Positions 45,764 through 53,748 of a DNA stretch of 64,000 nt are shown in pieces. Below the pieces are notes generated by a model that saw only the letters and a list, made by a program, of their open reading frames with translations, ran no database searches and was not told the DNA's origin. The first letter of the stretch is position 1; each line of letters starts with the position of its first letter. Made by a program: the position numbers and the translations under genes. The stretch spans positions 124,001 through 188,000 of the IMG/VR virus record IMGVR_UViG_3300028569_002417; one strand, given 5' to 3'.

Positions 45764-46768
45764 ATGAAAGAATATAAGATTAAGCTTCCAAGAAATTGTT
45801 GTAGAGGAAGTAAAATTTTGGAAAACAATCCTGTATTAAAATTGCAGAATGATCTTTTCGCTAAATTAAATAAAAATAAAGATTCAATAGAAAATAAAGA
45901 TTCAATAGAAAATAAAGATTCAATAGAAAATAAAGATTCAATAGAAAATAAAGATTCAATAGAAAATAATAGTAAGGTTCAAATTCTTACATCGTCTGGA
46001 CCAAGATATCCAATTGCTTGCTATACTGATGCGATACCTCCATTGCCGCCGGGTCAGTGTCAATATCAAAATACTTGCGATCAAGCTGTACCATATTTTT
46101 GTATTCAAAGTTGTTGTCAAAAATTCAAAACTAGAATTTATTATGACTGGCGTGGAACAGGTAGGCGAGATGTAGATACTGCGACTAAGGCATATTACGC
46201 ATTCCGTATAGAGGATGACGGTGGAGCAGATTATTTTCCAGAAGTAGTGGGTTATTCTTGTGGGGCAACGCCAAACAACGAGGGTCAGGCTCAATATTTG
46301 CAATGGTATGGAGACAATACAGGTACTGATGGTTATGAAATTGTTGATATTTATCAAAGTAAAGTTTACAGAGATGGTTTTTCTTGTAGATACAATCAAG
46401 GCTTGGGTGGTCATGTCTCTGTCGAATTGCATGCAGGGTTTTATCCTAGAGGAGTGTCATCAGGAACAATCAAATTAATAATTTACGCTAATGTTCCTGA
46501 AGATTATGGGAATGTTAGTGATATCGATACAACACCGCCGGGTGCAAGAAAAAAAACTTTTAATGATTTTTATATTAATTCTACATCTAGATGTTATGTA
46601 GAATCCCCTGTTTATGAGGGATTGCAAAATAACGGAAGCTATTTTACTTTATCAATTCCAACTAATATTTTTGGTGATAGGAGGGGTAAATTGATGGTGT
46701 ATAGAAATTTCGGAACTTTTGGCCCAAGTAGTCCTTATCCTTATGATTATGGACCTTGGCTTGTTTGA
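45764..46768 (+). CDS. hypothetical Cys/Gly/Tyr-rich protein with (NKDSIE)5 linker
   Basis: 334 aa; composition suggests an extracellular or virion protein. Confidence 0.75.
   Translation: MKEYKIKLPRNCCRGSKILENNPVLKLQNDLFAKLNKNKDSIENKDSIENKDSIENKDSIENKDSIENNSKVQILTSSGPRYPIACYTDAIPPLPPGQCQYQNTCDQAVPYFCIQSCCQKFKTRIYYDWRGTGRRDVDTATKAYYAFRIEDDGGADYFPEVVGYSCGATPNNEGQAQYLQWYGDNTGTDGYEIVDIYQSKVYRDGFSCRYNQGLGGHVSVELHAGFYPRGVSSGTIKLIIYANVPEDYGNVSDIDTTPPGARKKTFNDFYINSTSRCYVESPVYEGLQNNGSYFTLSIPTNIFGDRRGKLMVYRNFGTFGPSSPYPYDYGPWLV
45875..45964 (+). repeat. in-frame 18-bp tandem repeat x5 (AATAAAGATTCAATAGAA)
   Basis: Read directly; encodes NKDSIE. Confidence 0.95.
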
Positions 46769-46880
46769 ATACCACGACCTTAAAAATCGGTGTTTTTTGA
46801 CAAGTTAATTTATGAAAAACAATAAGCATGATCAATATTGATAGATGAAACTAATTGCATGTAAATAGCAAACAATTATT

Positions 46881-47144
46881 TCACTTTTCGCCGAAGAAAT
46901 CTTTTGGGTATTCTATTTTTACGACACCAGAACCTTCTACTTTATTTCCTTTTTCGTCTTCGACCCACCAGCGAACTTGTTGGACTGGAATATTTAGTTC
47001 ATCCATATGACATTTGTCACGAGGAAAAACAGGAAGGTGATATTCTTTTCCTTCTACTAGAACTGCAATTTTGCATTCTTTTTTTTCATTATTGTATAGA
47101 AGGCAGTTGCCACAGATTTTTTCTATTTCTTTTTTCTTAGTCAT
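46881..47144 (-). CDS. small Cys-containing hypothetical protein
   Basis: CGNCLLY...C...C.M; SD AGGAG. Confidence 0.75.
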   Translation of the reverse strand: MTKKKEIEKICGNCLLYNNEKKECKIAVLVEGKEYHLPVFPRDKCHMDELNIPVQQVRWWVEDEKGNKVEGSGVVKIEYPKDFFGEK

Positions 47145-47152
47145 GGTCTAGA

Positions 47153-47174
47153 CTCCTATAATCTATTATAGGAG
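47153..47174. promoter_or_regulatory. palindrome giving TATAAT and AGGAG on both strands between divergent genes
   Basis: CTCCTATAAT-CT-ATTATAGGAG. Confidence 0.6.
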
Positions 47175-47183
47175 TAAGGATTT

Positions 47184-47828
47184 ATGAAGGTAATTGCAGC
47201 ACTCTCGCAAATGGCTCATGGAAAAGATGTTTTCTGTGATTATCTTTGCGAATGTCTTAATGATATTTCTTCTAAAAAAGAATGGACAAGAAGCGCATTT
47301 GCGAATGCAGTTAAAGATACTTTCTGCAACGCTTTTAATGTAGATCGTAATTTTATTGAGAATTGGAAAAGAAATTCTGAGGCTCCTGATGGATTTCTCA
47401 TGCCTATTCGTCAGTGTCTTCAGTTTATTGGAGATGGATATCGCAAAATCCGTGAAAATATTTGGATTGAAATTGCACTTAAAGATAATGGCAAAAACAT
47501 TATCATAAGCGATGGAAGATATTTCAATGAAGCAGAAGCAGTCAGAGAAAAGAATGGATTGATGTTTTTAATTTACAGACCCGGATTTATCAATGATGAT
47601 CCTAATCCAAGTGAATCACAAGTAAAACCATTGCTTCAATGGGCTTCTGGAAATTTGAAAGAAGGTCCTGTTGATTATTCAAGCAACATAATGAGATATG
47701 GAATAACTGTCCCACATGAATTGAGATATTTTGATTATTTCATCAAGAATGATGGAAGCATTGAGGATTTGCACAAGAAGATAAGGGAAGATGTTGTTCC
47801 TTTTGTGCTGAAAAAAATTAAAGGATGA
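47184..47828 (+). CDS. deoxynucleoside monophosphate kinase (T4 gp1/T5 dnk-like)
   Basis: GKDVF, RQCLQFIGD..R...NIWI, IISDGRYFNE, IYRPG...PSE. Confidence 0.8.
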   Translation: MKVIAALSQMAHGKDVFCDYLCECLNDISSKKEWTRSAFANAVKDTFCNAFNVDRNFIENWKRNSEAPDGFLMPIRQCLQFIGDGYRKIRENIWIEIALKDNGKNIIISDGRYFNEAEAVREKNGLMFLIYRPGFINDDPNPSESQVKPLLQWASGNLKEGPVDYSSNIMRYGITVPHELRYFDYFIKNDGSIEDLHKKIREDVVPFVLKKIKG

Positions 47829-48313
47829 TTATTTTTGAAGAAAAAGATGATAGGTTTTATATTGCAGAATCCAAGATAAAGGGTGCTGGTAGGGGAGTTT
47901 TTGCTTCTAGGAATATTAAAAAAGACGAATTTATTTTTATAAGTGGAGTATTAGTTGAAATAGGAAGCGAGTCTGATTCGACTACTTGTTTTATGAATAA
48001 CTATAAATTTGCTGCTGATCCAAAGTGGAATGGAAATTCTGTTGATATAGGCAAGTATGTGATATGTCCTTTGGGTTATGCTGCTTTGGTTAATCATAGT
48101 AATAGTCGTGAGGAGCAGAATGTTGAGATTAGGTATTTGGGTGAGAATTCTAAAAAGAATCATCATGGCAAGGCTGTTTATTGGTTCTTGAGGGATGTTG
48201 AAAAGGACGAGGAGATACTTGGAAACTATGGACCTATATGGTCAGGTTTCAAGAAGAAGATAAGATGTTATCGTCCTTTTTTCAGGATTGTGGGCAAGAA
48301 TGGTTCCTTGTGA
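47825..48313 (+). CDS. SET domain protein
   Basis: SKIKGAGRGVFASRNI, LVNHS, RDVEKDEEILGNYG. Confidence 0.85.
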   Translation: MIIFEEKDDRFYIAESKIKGAGRGVFASRNIKKDEFIFISGVLVEIGSESDSTTCFMNNYKFAADPKWNGNSVDIGKYVICPLGYAALVNHSNSREEQNVEIRYLGENSKKNHHGKAVYWFLRDVEKDEEILGNYGPIWSGFKKKIRCYRPFFRIVGKNGSL

Positions 48314-48442
48314 ACTTTTGAACAGTTTCGTAGCCATTTTTGCCTTCGATTATTGTTCCCATTTCGGGATGTGCTCCTTGAAGCCAGCGTATTCCGCTTT
48401 CTCGAATTGAGCATTTGTATGTGACTATTTCGTCGAGGATTT

Positions 48443-49114
48443 TTATCGATGAAGATTTTTGATTCTTTGTTTCAGTTTGCCCATACCCACTTCCGTCAAA
48501 ACCATAAATCCTAATCCTCTCTGCTGGCAATACTGGTTGCATGCTGTCCATTTCGCATTATTCCTTGGCAATGTTGTTTGGTTTGCCGGTTTGATTTCCC
48601 AAATTTCAATTCTTCCGTCATCGAACATAACTTTTAGATCAGGGTTATATTCATGAATATTCCCTTCAAATGTATATTGGACTTTAAGTGGTTCCACTTC
48701 ATATCCAATAACTTCTGGCATTGCTTCCAAGCATTCGTAGACATCGCATTCCATCCCTGATCGATAATGCATTTCCTTGCCGCCGTTCTTGTTGGACATC
48801 ATGTATCCTTCTCTGAACTTCGGCTTGCGTTGTTTAAGTTTACCAGTTTTTGCGGACTGGTCTTTCCATATAATAGCCTTCATCTGTCCGTTTTTCGGTA
48901 TATTTTTTTCATGCGGGTGTTTCGCTCTGTAATGAGTTCGTACACAACGAACGGGACAACCACAACGAGCAAGAGGACATAAAATGTATTCTCTGCCTTC
49001 TTCATGAGATTCAATGATATGTGTTTTATAGTCTTCAAAATTTTCATGAACAACTCCACACACAAAGCATGTGTATTTTCTTAGGCCATTATCTTTCGGG
49101 AATGGTAGCGTCAT
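48443..49114 (-). CDS. TnsA/gp4-like endonuclease with two N-terminal C2H2 zinc fingers
   Basis: CFVC...H...H; CPLARC...H...H; YRSGME, YNPDL, WEIKP; start ATG 49114 (ATGA overlap). Confidence 0.75.
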   Translation of the reverse strand: MTLPFPKDNGLRKYTCFVCGVVHENFEDYKTHIIESHEEGREYILCPLARCGCPVRCVRTHYRAKHPHEKNIPKNGQMKAIIWKDQSAKTGKLKQRKPKFREGYMMSNKNGGKEMHYRSGMECDVYECLEAMPEVIGYEVEPLKVQYTFEGNIHEYNPDLKVMFDDGRIEIWEIKPANQTTLPRNNAKWTACNQYCQQRGLGFMVLTEVGMGKLKQRIKNLHR

Positions 49115-49779
49115 AATAATTTCTTTCTTCCTTCTTTCCATCTTTCAAAATCATGTGGATAATCGAAGTCTTCAGTCCAATCGTCGATATGTGCTACATT
49201 TGGATGATATTTTACTTCTTCTATATCAGTGCATCCTGCCAAGTCAATGATTTCTTTATTTGTGAGCTTGGCCATGAGGTGATAATTCGACAGTCTCATG
49301 ATCTTTTTTTCAATAATTTCATCGATATAATTTGATATTATTTTATTCATATCTTTTTTGAAAGACAGGGCGAATGTTTCTTTATATTCGCATCCTGTGA
49401 AGCTTGATGGTGACAATCTGGCAACCCATCTCCAATCTAGTTCGTGATTAAAAATAAGATCAATTGCATTATCGGTGTAGTAGGCATCACCAGCCATGAG
49501 AACAGTTTCGCTGTCATTTGACCAAAGGAATTCTGAAGATTTGAAAATTGAACAATCTTCCCAATTTGGGTCTTGATGTGGTATTAGTAAATTGCATCCT
49601 TCAATTTTATATTTTTCATCAGATCCTACGATGTGAATGTCGTTGGTGTATTTTTTAACTTGTCGAACAATTCTTTCGATTAAAATTTCGCCTTCTATTT
49701 CAATGAAATGTTTTTTAACACAGAGATAATTATCCCATCTCTTTCCGTCTCCTCCAGCTTGTATTATGATTCTTTTCAT
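49111..49779 (-). CDS. NTP transferase (sugar/choline-phosphate nucleotidyltransferase-like)
   Basis: IIQAGGDGKRW, KHFIEIEGE.LIER, GDAYYT. Confidence 0.8.
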   Translation of the reverse strand: MKRIIIQAGGDGKRWDNYLCVKKHFIEIEGEILIERIVRQVKKYTNDIHIVGSDEKYKIEGCNLLIPHQDPNWEDCSIFKSSEFLWSNDSETVLMAGDAYYTDNAIDLIFNHELDWRWVARLSPSSFTGCEYKETFALSFKKDMNKIISNYIDEIIEKKIMRLSNYHLMAKLTNKEIIDLAGCTDIEEVKYHPNVAHIDDWTEDFDYPHDFERWKEGRKKLL

Positions 49780-50168
49780 TTTTTCTTTGATTTCTTTTTG
49801 GAGAATTTTATCATATTATCAACAGCTTCTTCACGGGTGCAGACACTGATTTTCGGTAGATCTTTGATTCCGAATACACTTTCTGTTGATCTTTCTGGAT
49901 CATTACTTAAAAATTTAATTAAATTAAATGCAGGAAATCGTGCTTCTTGACGAAATCCGGGCATCATTGGGTCATCTTCAGTGTCCGTTTTTAGTTTCGC
50001 AAATACAACCCTGCTGTCTTCAGGAGCTCCGAAGTAGTCATCTCCTTTTTTGAAGAAAAGTATCAATTCGTGTTTGTCTAGAAGGTCGTTCATTGAATCA
50101 ATATTTTCAAGATGGATATCCCAGCGATCCATTAAGTCACGAAATGATGAAAAAGCAGGATATTTCAT
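49776..50168 (-). CDS. hypothetical protein
   Basis: 130 aa; SD GAGGA. Confidence 0.75.
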   Translation of the reverse strand: MKYPAFSSFRDLMDRWDIHLENIDSMNDLLDKHELILFFKKGDDYFGAPEDSRVVFAKLKTDTEDDPMMPGFRQEARFPAFNLIKFLSNDPERSTESVFGIKDLPKISVCTREEAVDNMIKFSKKKSKKK

Positions 50169-50211
50169 TTTTTTTATTCCTCATATGGTCTTTCAATACA
50201 TATATAGAATT

Positions 50212-50667
50212 ATGCGGTACAGTTTGAGTGGATTTAAGAAATTCTTTGAAGAGATGGACCCATCTCAAGAGAAAGATATTTCATCTAGCGGAGGCGGTAA
50301 AAAGCAAGATTATTGGGATTCATTGGAAGACGAAGAAAAGCTGACATGGGATGATATTAAGAATACATTCCAGTCAGAGCCATGGGTTTCATCTCACTTC
50401 CCTCTTGGTCAGGGAAAGAAAGAAATTAAATATAAGTTGCAACCATGGAAGATTGTGAAGGGTTCAATGGGGCCATCAGGAGCAGATATAGAACTTATTC
50501 ATAACCAAAACGATAAGAGTTATTTGAAGGGAAATAAATTAAATAAAGGTTATAGAGACACAAAGCGATATTTTGTAAAGAGAAAAGATTTACAGGATTT
50601 CCAGACAGGTGGTTGGCAACCAGCAGTTCAGGGAGCAGCAGGAGGCGGTGGCGCTCCACCGATGTAG
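50212..50667 (+). CDS. hypothetical protein with capsid-targeting-like N-terminus
   Basis: MRYSLSGFKKFFEE; ATATATAGA 3 nt before ATG 50212. Confidence 0.75.
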   Translation: MRYSLSGFKKFFEEMDPSQEKDISSSGGGKKQDYWDSLEDEEKLTWDDIKNTFQSEPWVSSHFPLGQGKKEIKYKLQPWKIVKGSMGPSGADIELIHNQNDKSYLKGNKLNKGYRDTKRYFVKRKDLQDFQTGGWQPAVQGAAGGGGAPPM

Positions 50668-50668
50668 T

Positions 50669-50842
50669 ATGAAATTTAGTGAATGGATTAAATTAAGAGA
50701 AGTTGGAACAAGCACAGCTAGTGTTGCGAATGTTCCCATGAGACTCTTTGGTGGTGCTGTGCAAAGGATGTACCCAGAGCCAGTCATTATCGGTGGAAGA
50801 GAAGTTAAACATAAGAAAAAGAAGAAAGATCATAATTCTTAA
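50669..50842 (+). CDS. small basic protein with capsid-targeting-like N-terminus
   Basis: MKFSEWIKLRE from ATG 50669; Lys-rich tail. Confidence 0.65.
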   Translation: MKFSEWIKLREVGTSTASVANVPMRLFGGAVQRMYPEPVIIGGREVKHKKKKKDHNS

Positions 50843-50855
50843 TGAAAGGTAAATC

Positions 50856-51275
50856 ATGAATTACACAATGCGCTACACACAATATTTATCTGGCATCTTG
50901 TCAGAAGCTGATTTTCATGAAATGAGCCCTGATCAAATGTCCAATGCGGCTGCACCAATGGCTCCTCAAATGGGTGGTCCTTCTCCAGTTGTTGATGATC
51001 AGGGTCTTGGTGATGATCAGGGTCTTGGTGATGATCAGGGTCTTGGTGATGCACAAGGTGGTTCAGAACCAATTGCGGGGCTTTCTAATACTACTAAAGG
51101 TCTTTTGGATAGATTGATTGCTCAGTTGTCAGCAGCTAAGAATTTACAACCAGTTGCTTCTCAAGAAATTCTTAATCGATTTATGAAAGCGTTGCCAAAT
51201 CTTAAACGTGATAAATCACTTGCAACAGTTCAAAATCGTTTCAAACCACTCAAACCATTCAAACCACTACAGTAA
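50856..51275 (+). CDS. low-complexity hypothetical protein, possible prohead core/internal protein
   Basis: YLSGILSE; acidic (DDQGLG)3 linker. Confidence 0.7.
   Translation: MNYTMRYTQYLSGILSEADFHEMSPDQMSNAAAPMAPQMGGPSPVVDDQGLGDDQGLGDDQGLGDAQGGSEPIAGLSNTTKGLLDRLIAQLSAAKNLQPVASQEILNRFMKALPNLKRDKSLATVQNRFKPLKPFKPLQ
50994..51047 (+). repeat. in-frame 18-bp tandem repeat x3 (GATGATCAGGGTCTTGGT)
   Basis: Read directly. Confidence 0.95.
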
Positions 51276-51294
51276 TCATTTAGAGATTACCGTC

Positions 51295-51323
51295 TTTACA
51301 GTTGAAATCAATTAGTTTATAAT
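51295..51323 (+). promoter_or_regulatory. sigma70-type promoter for thyX-hldE
   Basis: TTTACA, 17 nt, TATAAT. Confidence 0.65.
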
Positions 51324-51354
51324 TTGACAGGATCACATTTCAAGAGGTTCTGTC

Positions 51355-52263
51355 ATGTCTGACATTATGGATTCTGTTGTCAATAAGACAATTAATTGCC
51401 TTGATAAAGGGCATGTGACTCTAGTCGATGTAATGCCAAGGAATGTTCCTGAAGGTAAAACTGCTGATTATGCCATTGTTCAGGCTGCGAGAGTAAGCTA
51501 TGGAGATGGAACTAAAACTGTCAATGAAGACCGTGGACTTATTCGTTACCTTCTCAGGCACCAACATACCACTCCATTAGAAATGGTAACCCTGAAATTT
51601 CATTGCAAGATGCCTATCTTTGTTTGCCGTCAATGGGCAAGGCACCGTATGAGTTCAACAAATGAAATTTCAGGTCGTTATTCGGTTATGAAAGACGAAT
51701 TTTATTTTCCTCAGGCCACTGATCTAAGATCCCAGTCTCAAATAAATAAACAAGGTGGAGAAGGCACTGTTGAGGAAATAACAGCTAACTATTCAGCAGG
51801 TAAAATTGCCGATAATTGCAATTCAGCTTATGATTTTTATGAATATATGATTCATGCAGGTGTTTCAAGAGAACAGGCAAGAATGGTTCTCCCTCTCAAC
51901 TTATACACAGAATTTTATTGGAAAATTGATCTTCACAATCTTTTTCACTTTTTGGCGCTAAGAGCAGATAGCCATGCCCAAAAGGAAATCAGAGTTTATG
52001 CAGAAGCAATTATTGAGATTTTACGCCAAATTGTTCCAGTAGCACTTGAAGCATGGGAAGATTATCATCCTATGCGTGGAGCAATAAAACTCACAAGACT
52101 CGAAACAGAAGCACTAAAAAGCTACATCCAGAAATTTCAATCTTTTGCTCATGCCGAATTCCAACATGTTGTCAGCGACAACAAGCGTGAACAGTCTGAA
52201 TGGATTGAGAAAGCCAAGATTCTTGGAATCAATGTTCCTCCGATAAAACAGAATGAGGCTTAG
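51355..52263 (+). CDS. thyX: flavin-dependent thymidylate synthase
   Basis: AARVSY, HTTPLE, RQWARHR...NEISGRY, EQARMVLP, LRADSHAQKEIR. Confidence 0.95.
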   Translation: MSDIMDSVVNKTINCLDKGHVTLVDVMPRNVPEGKTADYAIVQAARVSYGDGTKTVNEDRGLIRYLLRHQHTTPLEMVTLKFHCKMPIFVCRQWARHRMSSTNEISGRYSVMKDEFYFPQATDLRSQSQINKQGGEGTVEEITANYSAGKIADNCNSAYDFYEYMIHAGVSREQARMVLPLNLYTEFYWKIDLHNLFHFLALRADSHAQKEIRVYAEAIIEILRQIVPVALEAWEDYHPMRGAIKLTRLETEALKSYIQKFQSFAHAEFQHVVSDNKREQSEWIEKAKILGINVPPIKQNEA

Positions 52264-52356
52264 GATCAACTAATTGAAAGCCATGACTGGCTATGATTTG
52301 TAATGTTAGAACAATCATTGTGATCATGGCTTTCTCCCTTGTGGACATTATAACAG

Positions 52357-53748
52357 ATGAAAAGCATTTTGCAATTTCTCGAAAGTGATAAAAAAGGCCA
52401 AACTCTTAATATTGGAGTAATTGGCGATGCAATGATTGATGAATACTATGATGTTAAAATTAAAAGAATAAGTCCTGAATGCCCAATTCCCATCATGCAT
52501 AGCAAAGAACATGAACCAAAAATTCTTCCCGGCGGAGCCGCAAATGTCGTTCATCAATTCAAGAATTTTAATGCTAAAGTCAATCTTGGTTGCTTGTTAG
52601 ATTATAAAGCGAAAAGTATATTTGAAGATGCAAGAATCAATACTGATTATTCAGTAAATATTGCTCATGATATTTCTAGAAAGAGAAGATATTACAGCGA
52701 ACATATTCAGGTTGCAAGAATTGATATAGAAAAAAATAATTATGGTTTTAATGATGATGATTTGTTCTTAAAAACCGAATCTTTGTTTGATAAATTTGTT
52801 TTGAATGATTTTCAGGCTGTTATATTTTCAGATTATGGCAAAGGAATATTTAATTTTTTCAAAAATGAATATCTTAAAAAATTCCCAATCACAGTTGTTG
52901 ATCCAAAAAATGGTGATTTGACTCGTTGGCGTGGATGTACTGTTCTGAAACCAAATCAAGAAGAAGCATTGAAATTAAGTGGTAAAGATAATGTTCGTGA
53001 TGCTGGTCTTTATTTATCAGAATTATTGGAATGTTCTGTTGTCATTACTCAGGCAGCACAAGGAATTAGTGTTTTTGAAAAAGGTGGAATAACTGAGATA
53101 AGACCAACAGTAAGTCCTGCTGTTGCCGAATCTGTAATTGGCGCTGGAGATGCCTTTATAACATTCTTGACAATGGCAATGTGTAGGGGATTTTCTCTTC
53201 AAGAATCTGCTGATATTGCATTTAAGGCTGGAACATTATACGTTTTGAATAAGCATAACAAACCTTTAGATAGATTTTCCATTATTCACTCTATTGATTC
53301 AATTGGTGCAAAGGTTATACCTTATGATGAAACTAATATGTTTTGCAATAGAGATTATAAATTGGTTTTTACTAATGGCTGTTTTGATATCATGCATATG
53401 GGGCATATTGATTGCTTGAAATTTGCCAAATTACAAGGCGACAAACTTATGGTTGGATTGAATTCAGACGAGAGTGTCTCAAGATTAAAGCCCGGAAGAC
53501 CGATCATGTCGGTTAAGGATCGTGCCTCTGTTCTTGCAGCATGTGAATATGTTGATTATATTGTTGTTTTTGATGATGACACACCATTAGAACTTATCAA
53601 AAAGATCAGTCCTGATGTTTTAGTAAAGGGTGCAGATTATAAGGAAGAAGATGTTGTTGGTTATGGAATTGTCCCAGAAATAAAAAGATGTCCTCTTGTG
53701 GAAGGCATCAGCACAACAAACATTATTGAAAAAATTAAAAAACTTTAG
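52357..53748 (+). CDS. hldE: bifunctional heptose-7-phosphate kinase / heptose-1-phosphate adenylyltransferase
   Basis: GDAMIDEY, GGAANV, SDYGKG, PNQEE, GAGD; FTNGCFDIMHMGH, GLNSDESV, KGADY, STTNII. Confidence 0.9.
   Translation: MKSILQFLESDKKGQTLNIGVIGDAMIDEYYDVKIKRISPECPIPIMHSKEHEPKILPGGAANVVHQFKNFNAKVNLGCLLDYKAKSIFEDARINTDYSVNIAHDISRKRRYYSEHIQVARIDIEKNNYGFNDDDLFLKTESLFDKFVLNDFQAVIFSDYGKGIFNFFKNEYLKKFPITVVDPKNGDLTRWRGCTVLKPNQEEALKLSGKDNVRDAGLYLSELLECSVVITQAAQGISVFEKGGITEIRPTVSPAVAESVIGAGDAFITFLTMAMCRGFSLQESADIAFKAGTLYVLNKHNKPLDRFSIIHSIDSIGAKVIPYDETNMFCNRDYKLVFTNGCFDIMHMGHIDCLKFAKLQGDKLMVGLNSDESVSRLKPGRPIMSVKDRASVLAACEYVDYIVVFDDDTPLELIKKISPDVLVKGADYKEEDVVGYGIVPEIKRCPLVEGISTTNIIEKIKKL

Noticed and set aside
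48230-48443. Possible frameshifted C-terminus of the SET protein and the 48282-48551 minus ORF
   Set aside because: The SET core is complete before the stop, and the alternative frames show no recognisable motif.
52357-52386. HldE N-terminus MKSILQFLES resembles the capsid-targeting motif
   Set aside because: Lacks the first aromatic residue and belongs to a metabolic enzyme; likely chance, so not counted in the family.
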